Assembly: GCA_027064305.1 (NCBI GenBank)
Contig: JAMOPY010000031.1
Span: 1 to 41,509 of the forward strand
Reading direction: 5' to 3'
From: Methanobacteriota archaeon
GTDB taxonomy: Archaea; JAADCQ01; Methanopyri; Methanopyrales; Methanopyraceae
Length of the DNA stretch: 41,509 nucleotides
Under the pieces are notes generated by a model. That model worked only from the letters and a program-made list of their open reading frames with translations. It was not told where the DNA came from and ran no database searches. Each line of letters begins with the position of its first letter. Positions within the stretch are counted from its first letter, which is position 1. Positions 28,246-37,742 of this stretch are shown here, piece by piece. A program made the position numbers and the translations under genes.

Positions 28246-29514
28246 CTACCGGCCCAGCAGCTCGTTGCCGATGACGAAGAGGGAGACGGTCTGGTTGAGG
28301 TGGGCCAGCGCGCCGCTCTCCGTGTTCCCGATCTCCCCGTAGCAGTTGAACCCGATGATGGGCACGTCCTCGCCGATCTCGCTCCGCAGGAGCTTGACGG
28401 CCCTATCCGTGCTCACGATCTCGTGCCGGGCCACGCAGTTGAACACGATCACGCCCGCGATCTCCTCGGGGTTACCCGCCGCCTGGATCGCGCTCTTCGC
28501 CGCCTCCCGGAACGAGGCCTCCAGGTCGCCCGGCTCCATGATCTCCAGGGTCACCCCCTCCGGGATCTTGTTCAGCGCGACGATCGACCCCTCCGCCGGG
28601 TCCGTCTCCACGCTCGTCCGCAGCACGTACTCCCCGTGCGGCGTGGGCAGCTGGATCCCGAACGGGTAGGTGAACAGGGTCTCCGTGGTCACCTCCTCCG
28701 GCTCCATCCCCAGCGCGTCCGCGTAGACCTCCAGGGCCGGCTCCCCGTCCAGCTCCAGGATCCGCGTCCCCTCCACCTTCGTCACCCGGAACTGGTGCCC
28801 CGTGGGCTCGAACCCGTGGTGGATCGCGTGCCCGCACTTCACCGACGTGAACCACACCCACGTGACCAGCGCGTCCGAGTACACCCGTTTGGCGTCGAAC
28901 GCGTAGCACCGCTCGAGCCGCATGTCGTCACCCGTCAGCCCGCCGAGGATGACCGGGAGCGGGCCGCCCAGCTCCTGCATCACCCCGCGCAGCATGGCGG
29001 CCGTCGCCTCCTGATTCTCCAGGCAGCACAGCCCGTCCGGCATCAGAATCACGTGCGCCGGCGCCGCCCGGGCCAGATCCATGTGATCCTGCGCCCGCAC
29101 CAGCCCCGAGAGCGCGACCAGCGGGTTCGCCTCCACGCTCCGCACCGCCTCCGTGAGCCCGCTCCGACCCACCCGCTCCGGCTCCTCCGAGAGACCCTCC
29201 CGGATCGACAGACCCAGCGCCACGTGCCGGGTCAGCTCCATCGCCATCACGACCACCGAGCCCTCGTGGTACCCCTCCGTGGAGATCTCCCCCGAGGACG
29301 AGACCCCGAACATCAGGAACCGCTTCCCCAGGGGCACCCGCGCCCGGATCGCCCGCTTGAGCTCCCGCCGCACCTCGTCCGGATCGTTCGCCGTCGGCGA
29401 GAACACGCAGAACACCGCGTCGATCGACTCCAAGCCCCACTCCATCGCCTCCTCCAGCGCCTCCTCCGGGTCCCCGGACTCCGACACGCCCACACCGCAA
29501 GTCACGTACGACAC
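28246..29514 (-). CDS. FIST-domain (FIST_N plus FIST_C) protein
   Basis: SSSGEIS, LGGLTGDD, ILELDGEPALEVY, FNCVAR and GFNCYGEI...NQT motifs. Confidence 0.9.
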   Translation of the reverse strand: MSYVTCGVGVSESGDPEEALEEAMEWGLESIDAVFCVFSPTANDPDEVRRELKRAIRARVPLGKRFLMFGVSSSGEISTEGYHEGSVVVMAMELTRHVALGLSIREGLSEEPERVGRSGLTEAVRSVEANPLVALSGLVRAQDHMDLARAAPAHVILMPDGLCCLENQEATAAMLRGVMQELGGPLPVILGGLTGDDMRLERCYAFDAKRVYSDALVTWVWFTSVKCGHAIHHGFEPTGHQFRVTKVEGTRILELDGEPALEVYADALGMEPEEVTTETLFTYPFGIQLPTPHGEYVLRTSVETDPAEGSIVALNKIPEGVTLEIMEPGDLEASFREAAKSAIQAAGNPEEIAGVIVFNCVARHEIVSTDRAVKLLRSEIGEDVPIIGFNCYGEIGNTESGALAHLNQTVSLFVIGNELLGR

Positions 29515-29617
29515 CGTTCCTGAACCCCCAAGGGTTGATGGACCGAGCCCGGCTTAAGTAGTCGGAAACGATCCGGCTTAAGCCTTAGTGACGATCCGAC
29601 GACGGGGGGATGGCCGG

Positions 29618-30550
29618 ATGCGGAACGCGATCCTGGGCGTGCTCCTGCTCCTCACCGCGCCCGGGATCGCACACGCCGACGCGTGGACCCCCGTCACCAC
29701 CGTGCACCTCACCGAACGCACCGAGCTCCGAGCCCTCGACCCGAACACCGTCCAGGCCCACCTCACGGTCAAGCTGGAAGGGTACGGCCTCCAGGGCCGC
29801 ACGCAGGCCACCGTCCACGTCCTCCTCCCCGAGGACGCCGAGCTCCTGAGCGCCCGATGGACCCCGGCGAACGGTGCGCCCACCGAGGTCCAGCCCGCGC
29901 TCATCCAGACCGTAACCTGGCCGGGCACCGTCGACCAACTCGCGAGGACGTTCGCGGTCCTCCACTCCGGCTCCACCCCGTACCTGGACGCGCTCGACGC
30001 CCTGTTCCCGAACCGCCAACCGATCCGCTGGCGGCAGCTGACCTTCCTCCTCCCCGTCGAGGGGCACGGGCGGCACGGCGAGCCCCTGGGTACCCTCGAG
30101 CTCACCGCCCACCTACCCACGCACCGAAGCCCCCAGGGACTCCACTGCCTCGCCTGGCCCATCCCGGTGGCGATCAACCCCTTCTACAAGGTGCGCACCG
30201 ACCGCGTGGGCGTCCTGTTCGCGGCCGTGTACGACCCGGAGGCGAACCGCTGGCGCTGGATCCTCCTCAACCCGGACCGGGGGTCCAGCGAGGTGCTCGC
30301 CGACATCGAGGGGATCTCCCTCTACCTCCGGGTCGGGGAGGACGGGGTGGTCGTGGGTGTCCAACCCGCGGGCCAGCCACCCCGGCTCTCGCTCCCGTAC
30401 GTGCCCGTGCTCCTCGTGCTCGAGGTCCCACCCTTCCCGGCCCCGCTACAGCGGGGCGAGCGCGCGGTCCCGCCCCGCCCACCGAGCGCGGGCACCGAGC
30501 CGCATCCGGCCCCGCTGATCCCGATCGTGCCGATCCGTCGACGGAGGTGA
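29618..30550 (+). CDS. Secreted lineage-specific protein with Pro/hydrophobic plus Arg C-terminal tail
   Basis: Signal peptide MRNAILGVLLLLTAPGIAHA; ends PLIPIVPIRRRR. Confidence 0.75.
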   Translation: MRNAILGVLLLLTAPGIAHADAWTPVTTVHLTERTELRALDPNTVQAHLTVKLEGYGLQGRTQATVHVLLPEDAELLSARWTPANGAPTEVQPALIQTVTWPGTVDQLARTFAVLHSGSTPYLDALDALFPNRQPIRWRQLTFLLPVEGHGRHGEPLGTLELTAHLPTHRSPQGLHCLAWPIPVAINPFYKVRTDRVGVLFAAVYDPEANRWRWILLNPDRGSSEVLADIEGISLYLRVGEDGVVVGVQPAGQPPRLSLPYVPVLLVLEVPPFPAPLQRGERAVPPRPPSAGTEPHPAPLIPIVPIRRRR

Positions 30551-30557
30551 CGCCGGC

Positions 30558-31754
30558 GTGGAGCGCGACCCCATCCGCCGCATCCCCATCGACCCCCACC
30601 TCGTCCGCCGGGAGCTGGGCGTCGACCTCCCCACCGCCCGCTACCTCATCCGCACCGGCCTCGTGACCACCGAGGGAGCCCGCGTCCTCCGCCGCGGTCC
30701 CACCACCGGCACCTGCGCGACCGCCGCCGCCAAGGCCGCCGCCATCCGCCTCCTCGAGGGGCGCGCGGTATCCACCGTCCGCGTCCGCCTCCCCATCGGC
30801 GCGATCATCGGCGTTCGAGCGCGCCTGATCGAGGAGGACCCGCCCACCGCCGAGGTCCGCAAGCCCGGGAACGACGACCGCGTGGACGCGACCGCCGGCG
30901 CCCGCATCCGCGCCCGCGCGGAACCCCTCGAGGAACCGCGCGTCGAGGTCCGGGCGGGCCCGGGCGTCGGGCGGCTCCCGGACGGGAGGCCGGCGATCTC
31001 CGAGGCGGCGCGGGCGCAGATCCGGGAGAACCTGGCCTACCTGATCGAGCGGTACGGGACGGGACTCCGCGTCACGATCAGCGTGGTGGACGGCGAGAGG
31101 CTGGCCGAGCGGACGCTGGCCCACCGGCACGGGATCACCGGCGGGATCTCGATCCTGGGGACCAAGGGCCTCGTCGACCCCAACTCGGAGGAGGCGATCG
31201 AGGGCACCATCCGCCACGACCTCCGCTACGTCGAGAACGTCCCCTGCCTCGTCACCGGCTACCGCACCCTCCGCGTCGCCACCGAGGAGCTCGGCCTCCC
31301 CGAGACCGACGTGGTCAACTGCCAGGGCCGCTACGACCTCGCCCTCCCCCTCCTCAAGGAGGGCGTCCCCACCGACGACGGCACCCGCCGCTTCGACCGC
31401 GTCCTCATCCTCGGCATGCCCGGCAAGCTCCTCAAGCTTGCCGCCGGCGTGTACAACACCCACGCCCGCGTCGCCGACGCCCGGTACGAGTCCCTCCTCG
31501 CCCGCCTCGTGGAGACCGGCCACCTCAAGGACGCCCAACGCCTCGCCCAACGCGGCCCCGGCACGATGGTCGCCAAGTTCCTCCGCACCCTCGACCCGGA
31601 CACCCGCCGCGACGTCCTCCAACGCACCTGCGAGCTGATCGAACGCCGCGTCCAAGAGGACCACGACCTCCGGTGCGGGTGCGCCGCCTACCTGAAGACC
31701 GACGACGGGATCGAGGTCGTGACCGGCCCCGAATGGCGCCGCCTCGCGCCGTAA
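30558..31754 (+). CDS. cbiD: Cobalt-precorrin-5B C1-methyltransferase
   Basis: LRRGPTTGTCATAAAKAA, K..ND..D.T.G, G.PAI, GITGGISILGTKG and GMPGKLLKLAAG..NTH motifs. Confidence 0.92.
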   Translation: MERDPIRRIPIDPHLVRRELGVDLPTARYLIRTGLVTTEGARVLRRGPTTGTCATAAAKAAAIRLLEGRAVSTVRVRLPIGAIIGVRARLIEEDPPTAEVRKPGNDDRVDATAGARIRARAEPLEEPRVEVRAGPGVGRLPDGRPAISEAARAQIRENLAYLIERYGTGLRVTISVVDGERLAERTLAHRHGITGGISILGTKGLVDPNSEEAIEGTIRHDLRYVENVPCLVTGYRTLRVATEELGLPETDVVNCQGRYDLALPLLKEGVPTDDGTRRFDRVLILGMPGKLLKLAAGVYNTHARVADARYESLLARLVETGHLKDAQRLAQRGPGTMVAKFLRTLDPDTRRDVLQRTCELIERRVQEDHDLRCGCAAYLKTDDGIEVVTGPEWRRLAP

Positions 31755-31867
31755 CCCCACCGCTTCCCCACGCGACGAGGGCGTTTCCAACCCGAACGAA
31801 GGGAACGCCCCGCGCCCGAACCCGAGCCCCGAAAACCCGCGGGGACCGGCCCACCCGGCCGGGCCCC

Positions 31868-32413
31868 GTGCACGACCGACTACCGCCCGAACTGCGCGAA
31901 CTCCTCAACCGCCTCGAACCGGGCCTCTACACCGCCAGCGCCCGCATCGAGGGACTCCCCGAGCACGACCTCCTCAGCGACGCCCTCCGCGACGCGCTGG
32001 GACGCTCCAGCCGCGCCACCTACCGCGACCTCGTGGACCGCTACCTGGAAACCGTCAACGCACCCCTCGTCCTCCAAGCCTCCGACGCCTTCCAACTCAA
32101 CCAACACGCCCTCCGCGCCCTCCAACGACTCGCCGAACACGTCCCCGTCCTCATCCTCAACCGCGGACACCTCCCCACCGACCACCGCGACCTAACCCGC
32201 GAGCTCGCCGAGATCCCCGGCGCCCACGTGGACGCCGTCTTCGACCACGGAGACACCGTCACCCTCGTCCGCGACCCCCAAACCCTCCTCCGCGCCCTCG
32301 CCACCGCCGGCCTCGCCCTCATGATCCTCCGCGCGACCACCGACAACACCGCCGACTTCTGGGTCCTCACCACCCTCGGACTCGCCGGCCTCGCCGCCTC
32401 CAAACTGGGGTGA
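31868..32413 (+). CDS. Hypothetical protein with two C-terminal TM helices
   Basis: GTG start; consistent codon periodicity; closely coupled to the downstream gene. Confidence 0.6.
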   Translation: MHDRLPPELRELLNRLEPGLYTASARIEGLPEHDLLSDALRDALGRSSRATYRDLVDRYLETVNAPLVLQASDAFQLNQHALRALQRLAEHVPVLILNRGHLPTDHRDLTRELAEIPGAHVDAVFDHGDTVTLVRDPQTLLRALATAGLALMILRATTDNTADFWVLTTLGLAGLAASKLG

Positions 32414-32417
32414 ACGC

Positions 32418-33452
32418 ATGCGAGCCAGAACCCACATCCTCCTCACCTACCTCCTCACCGCCCCCACCCTCGGCCTCCACCACGCCACCATCACCGCCCT
32501 CGCCACCATCCTCCCCGACCTCGACCACCCCCACTCCCTCGCCGCCTCCCTCCTCCACCCACTCGAACTCCTCACCCGCCGAAACCTCCGCCACGCCCTG
32601 ACCCAACGACTCCGACACCGCGGCCCCCTCCACTGCCCCTGGCCCTGGGCCGCCCTCGCCCACACCCTCTGGACGACCGGCCACCCCCACGCCGCCCTCC
32701 TCCCCCTCGGCGCCCTCCTCCACTGCCTCGAAGACGCCCTCACCACCATGGGCGTCCCCATCGCCTGGCACCGAAAAAACGGCGAATGGCGCTCCATCCG
32801 CCTCTCCCTCGCCCGCATCCCCTCCAACCACTGGGACACCCTCCTCCCACCCCTCGCCCTCGCCATCACCTGGACCACCCTCCTCCTCAACCCCACCGAA
32901 CTGTACCAACTCCACCCCAACCCCACCCTCGAACGCACGTACTGGCACGCCCGCGCCACCCTACTCCAACCCTTCCTCCACACACCCGAAAGCCTGAACC
33001 AGGAAGCCCTCCGCGTCACCAACCACGACCGCCTACCCCACCTCCGAGCCACCCTCCGCTACGACCACGGAACGCGCGAAGTGACCGGCCTCTGGACCCC
33101 CACCGGCTGGATGCACGGCGACGACGGACGCTGGTACCCACCCCCCGACCACGGGCTGCGCGTCCTCGAACTCTCCTACCCAAAAGCCCGCTACCGAGTG
33201 ACCACCACCCACCGCTGGCCCCCACCCCGAAACGCGCTCACCCTGCGCGCCCTCCTCGCCTACGAGCGCCTAACGCCCGAGGAGCTCGAGCGCACCGCCA
33301 GACGCGCCGTCCTCCTCGGACTCACCATCCGCCACGAAGACCACCGCACCGGCCGCCTCCTCCTCGAGGGAAGATGGATCACCGGCGCCGCGCTGTCACG
33401 CCTCCCAAGGCCCACGTGGACGAGGCTATCACTCCTCACGATCCGAGCGTGA
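32418..33452 (+). CDS. Membrane metal-dependent hydrolase (YdjM/DUF457-like) with C-terminal extension
   Basis: TH...LPDLDHP...RHRGPLH...LLHCLEDALT..GVP signature. Confidence 0.8.
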   Translation: MRARTHILLTYLLTAPTLGLHHATITALATILPDLDHPHSLAASLLHPLELLTRRNLRHALTQRLRHRGPLHCPWPWAALAHTLWTTGHPHAALLPLGALLHCLEDALTTMGVPIAWHRKNGEWRSIRLSLARIPSNHWDTLLPPLALAITWTTLLLNPTELYQLHPNPTLERTYWHARATLLQPFLHTPESLNQEALRVTNHDRLPHLRATLRYDHGTREVTGLWTPTGWMHGDDGRWYPPPDHGLRVLELSYPKARYRVTTTHRWPPPRNALTLRALLAYERLTPEELERTARRAVLLGLTIRHEDHRTGRLLLEGRWITGAALSRLPRPTWTRLSLLTIRA

Positions 33453-34080
33453 AACCTCCGCCGGCCGGCTCGGGGTCCCACGACAACCCCCAGCGTCACC
33501 ACCGGGGGGCCATCCTAGCCACCGTCCCCATGCCCTCAACGGAGTAACCGATGCGGAGAAGCCACCCCGGAGAGCCCGACATCAGGGCGTCCGGATAGCC
33601 CGAGCAACCCCGGGCCGGAGAACCGCTCTAACCCCCTAGGGGCCGCCCGTCCGCGACGGCGCAAACGCCCGAAAGGTACGCGAGGCGACCGTAGCCACCA
33701 CCCCCGCGGCCCCGCCACCGCACCCGCGAGCGTACCACCGCAGTTACGGCCGTGAATGGGGACCGCGGGGCACGTACTCGCGACCTCGTTAGCGACACCT
33801 CGAGTGCCCTCCCAGCCGCTCCGGTCACCGAAGGACCACGTCCTGATCCCAGCCACGAGGTCGCGGCCCAGCACGGCAGCCCCTACCCCTGCCGCTGGGA
33901 CCGCCGTCGAGGCTTCGACGTCGAGGATTTCGGACGGTGGTGACGGGACACGCCCAGCGAGACCGCGGCGTTCCCTAGCGCGCGGTATGCGAGAACGTCC
34001 GGCGTCCCGAGCACCCGGCCGGAACGGCCCGGGCGAACGTTACGGTGATCGTAACGGTCCGGGCCGCGGGACCGGGCGGC

Positions 34081-35929
34081 CTAGACGACCCAACCGGTGC
34101 CCGCGCCCATGGCGGATAGCAAGATCTTTCCGACCCAAGGCTCCACCAGGGAGCCCAAGGCGAGGAGAGCAGGCCCGAGCACGCCCGGCCAGTACCGGTA
34201 GAACTCCGGCCCGAACTCCTCCACGGCCCGGCACAGCGAGCGCAGGGCCGCGGCGGGGAGAGGCGGCAGCAGGGCGCCCACGACGTTGACCGCGATCCTC
34301 AGCGCCACCCTGTCGAGACGGCGCAGCGCGCCGAGCCCGAGCTCCAGCCTGAGCTCGCGGCGATACATCGCCTCCGCCATTCCCCACCCGGCCCCGATCA
34401 CGATCGTACCGATCGCGCCGGGCCAGAGGGTCGAGGGGCCCCCGAGGAACATCCAGTTGATGAACCTCCTCATCAGCTCCTCCTTGAGCGGCTCCACGAC
34501 GATCCGATCGGCGAGCTCGACGCCCGTCTGGTAGTACTCCCAGACTCCGAGGGCGCGCAGCGCGGTCTTGACGACCAGGTCGTAGAGCCACGCGTAGGGG
34601 TTGAACGAGAGGTACAGCTGGAGCATGAACTGGGCGAGCTGGTAGAGGAAGCAGAGGGTCGCGCCCAGGACCAGCGCACCGGACACGATCCCGGGCACCA
34701 GGGCGACCCACTTCAGGGCCCCCGCCTTGGAGAGCCCGACCATCTCGGCCAGTTTCGTGGGCGAGGGGAGGATCCCGGAACTCTCGCGACCCGCCTGAGC
34801 GCGGGCCGCCTCGAGGAACGCGAGCGCCGGGACCGCCAGCGTCAAGATCCCCAAGGAGTGAAGGAGGTACGAGCCCAGGACGAGCCACGGGTGCAGGAGG
34901 CACCGGACCGCCCTCGCGCTCGCGAGCCCCGACCTCTCGAGGAGATCCCCCAGCCCCTGAGCCCGGGTGGAGAGCTGAAGGCACTCCCACCGGAGAAACG
35001 CCCGCTCGCCGCACTCCCGCAGCAGCTCCACGAGCTCGGCCAGCCGGGAATTGCACCGACGGAGGAACCCGGGGGAAGGGTGCGCAACCTCCAGCAGGAT
35101 CCTACCCTCGGTGGCGTCGTAGACCACCAGCCAGAGGCCCGGCTCATCCCCGAGCCTACCGGACCTCAGCCCGGAGAGCCTGGCGAGATCCTCGCGGGCG
35201 AGGTCAAGCAGCCTCCGAGCCTCCCCGGACGGCAGGGACTCGCGCCGGGTGGCGCCCGTGCGCAGGTCGCAGACGACCCGGTACGCGCCCGACCCATCCG
35301 AGCTCACCAGGTCGAAGGCGACGGTCTCCCCCCTCCACCCCCACCCGGACGAGCAGGTCCCAATCGCCCGCGAGGTCGACGACCGGGGCGAGCGTGGTCA
35401 CCCGCCGGGCGAGGTCCCCCAGGGCGGGAGAGGGGAAGTACGTGACGGGCTCGTACAACCGACCCCCGCGGACGAGGAGCACGGGGAGCTCGCGACCCCC
35501 ACGCACGGGCTCAACGGGCACGGCGCGAAGACCGCGCAAGCGGAGCACCAGGTACACGTGCCCGGGATCGAAGGCCACCCGATGCCGAACGAGCCCGTGC
35601 GGCGTCCGGTACTCGACGAGAGCCTCCTCCGGGGTGACCACCGCGCGGAACCCGCCCCCCGGAAACGGCCCGGCAAGGAGAACGAACTCGCACGCACCCG
35701 GGGCGAGCACGAACACGCGGTCAACGGGCCCACCCTGAAGCGCGTCCAGCCGCTCAACGACCCCGACCGTGGCCACCGGAACCGCCCTACCCAGCCCCTC
35801 CCTCTCCAACTTAACGGCCCGACTCACGACGTCGGGAACGAGCACGGTGACACCGAGGGCCGGAGAGACCACCACGACCGCGACCAGCACCAGGAGCGGG
35901 AGCACGGCGCCGGCCGCGCGGCCCCTCAT
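34081..35929 (-). pseudogene. Secreted/membrane protein split by a +1 frameshift in a G6 run (about 616 codons if repaired)
   Basis: ORF 35204-35929 (signal peptide) joins ORF 34081-35307 as ...VRVGVEG/ETVAFDLVSS if one G is removed at 35328-35333. Confidence 0.6.
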
Positions 35930-36007
35930 CCCCGGCCCCCATCACTCCGGAGACTCATAACTCCTTAAATATCGATCGACTCCCCCGGCGCCCGGGGACC
36001 CGAAGTC

Positions 36008-36604
36008 TCAATCCCCATGCCTGAGTTTCCACCGTTCGAGCTCCCAGAGCACGTCCCGCACCCACTCACCATCCCGAGTCTTATGCAAGAGGAGTTTCCG
36101 AAGCACCCGATCCGCGAACCACGCCGGCCACGGTCCCAGCACGGACCGAGCGAACCCCGGCGCCCGCTCCAGCAATTTCTTGAGCCTGGTCGAGCCCGAG
36201 GGTTGAAGCTCGAACGCCAACGAGAGCACCCGAGCCACCCGCTTGTGGCTAACATCCCCACTCGAAGCCTCCTCCACCAGCTTCTCTAAGGCGGCCCGCA
36301 GGTGCCGGACCGCGAGTCGGGCCAGCCGCAGCACGAACTCTTCGGATTGCTCCTCCAACCACCGCACGAAGCTCACGCTCTCGTTCTCCTTCCCCAGGTA
36401 GAAGACTCGGGGCAGATCAAACCCCTTGCTCCGCACGCGCTTGAGGTAGGCCACGTAGTACGGCCCGTAGGTCCGACCGCCAATCCGCCGGTACGTGGGC
36501 TTTAGCTCCGGCTTAACCTCACGACGGTAGACCTCTCGGAGCACGCGCAGGACGCGGATACGCTCGACCGGGTCTTGGGGGATGGGCACGCCCTCCCAGG
36601 TCAC
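36008..36604 (-). CDS. DUF1678-like Methanopyrus-specific basic protein
   Basis: GVPIP.DP.ERIRVLRVLREVYRR, GPYYVA...YLGK.NESVSFV.WL and GPWPA...RWKL match the recalled DUF1678 pattern; TTTTTAAG box about 50 nt upstream. Confidence 0.75.
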   Translation of the reverse strand: MTWEGVPIPQDPVERIRVLRVLREVYRREVKPELKPTYRRIGGRTYGPYYVAYLKRVRSKGFDLPRVFYLGKENESVSFVRWLEEQSEEFVLRLARLAVRHLRAALEKLVEEASSGDVSHKRVARVLSLAFELQPSGSTRLKKLLERAPGFARSVLGPWPAWFADRVLRKLLLHKTRDGEWVRDVLWELERWKLRHGD

Positions 36605-36634
36605 GGCCCCGGCCCCCTCACGGGCTCGCCCACA

Positions 36635-37660
36635 CCATTGTAATCACCCCGGAGCTTAAAAAAGTTCCGCCTCCCGACGGGCCCCGGACGCGGGGCCGAG
36701 CACCGGTCACCTGACCCTCCGCCATCCCGCCCCCACCGACACGCCGCTCCCGGGCACCCGTAACCCCCGGCACCCACCCTCGCGCCACCACCCGACCCTT
36801 TCCATTGTAACCACCGGGGAGAAGACCCGAACGACCGCACCACCGCCCGCCCGAGACCACCCAATGACGGCGTGGACGTGGGTGCCTACGGCCCGCGCCC
36901 CATCGGCTCCGGACCCTCACACCTCGATAGAGGCACCCGTAGTGACCCGCCCCACGGCATCGCCGCCTTCCCATTGTAATCACCCAAAGAAGGGCCGGCC
37001 CATCTCAGGCGCACCCTCTCTCACCGCCCTGCACGCCCACGGTCCCTTGCGATTACAATGGACGGGAGCCGCCCCCGCCGGAGGCCGGGATCCCGCACCC
37101 CCGGCTCCCAGCGTGACCACCCGGTCCCGACGCACGGCACCCCGGTCACGACCCTCGACCCCGCGACCGAGTACCCGTACCGCACCGGGGGCCGCGGGAC
37201 CCTCCTCCTCACCGCGGTCGACCCGTCGACACCCACGAAACGTCCCGCCGGGATGGACCCGACGACGGTCACCGCGACCCGCGCCCACTGGGGTGGGGCT
37301 GGAGACCACCCCAACCGGGTCGGCGGCTCGCCCCTGCCGGTGGGCCCGTGGGAGCGGGCACCCTCCGGCCGGCGCGGGTCACCGGGTCGGGCATCCTCCT
37401 CCGCCCGCATCCCATTGTAATCACCGTGAAGAAGGCCCCCAAAACGCCGGTGTAGGACCCCACCGGCGCACCCAACCTTCCCGCCCTTCGCGCCCTATCC
37501 CTCGTGATTACAATAGGAAGGGTCGGCCCACACCCGGGGCCGGGGTAGGACCCCCACACACGATCCCGCGCCCGCCCGAACCCGCCCCGCCGAGTCGTCG
37601 CCCGGCGGGCTCGCCTCGGCGTCGTTGGGCCCTCCCTCCTTCGATTACAATAGAAGGGGG
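36635..37660. repeat. Array of seven CCATTGTAATCAC-type repeats in both orientations
   Basis: ATTGTAA(T/C)C forward at 36637, 36804, 36973, 37414; GATTACAAT reverse at 37051, 37506, 37643; flanks are homologous. Confidence 0.85.
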
Positions 37661-37742
37661 CCGCCCCCACCCGAGGCCGGGGCGCGACCCATTCCCAACA
37701 CTTAACTCCCGCCGCCTCACCGTTCCCCCGGGGGTCGCGCGC

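Noticed and set aside
28059-28274. 71-aa ORF
   Set aside because: A different frame carries the recognisable FwdB fragment; this frame has no supporting features
29549-29583. Direct repeat ccggcttaag twice
   Set aside because: Most simply the TTAA boxes of divergent promoters for the FIST and secreted-protein genes
31779-31810. Hairpin gggcgtttcc/gggaacgccc after cbiD
   Set aside because: A single GC-rich stem without a T-tract or other diagnostic motif; cannot be assigned
36605-37742. Repeat array as a CRISPR array
   Set aside because: Repeats are short and degenerate, occur in both orientations, are separated by about 70-350 nt, and no cas genes are present
36864-37742. 293-aa N-terminal extension of the nuclease ORF
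   Set aside because: It runs through the repeat tract with no codon bias; the signal peptide begins at 37743
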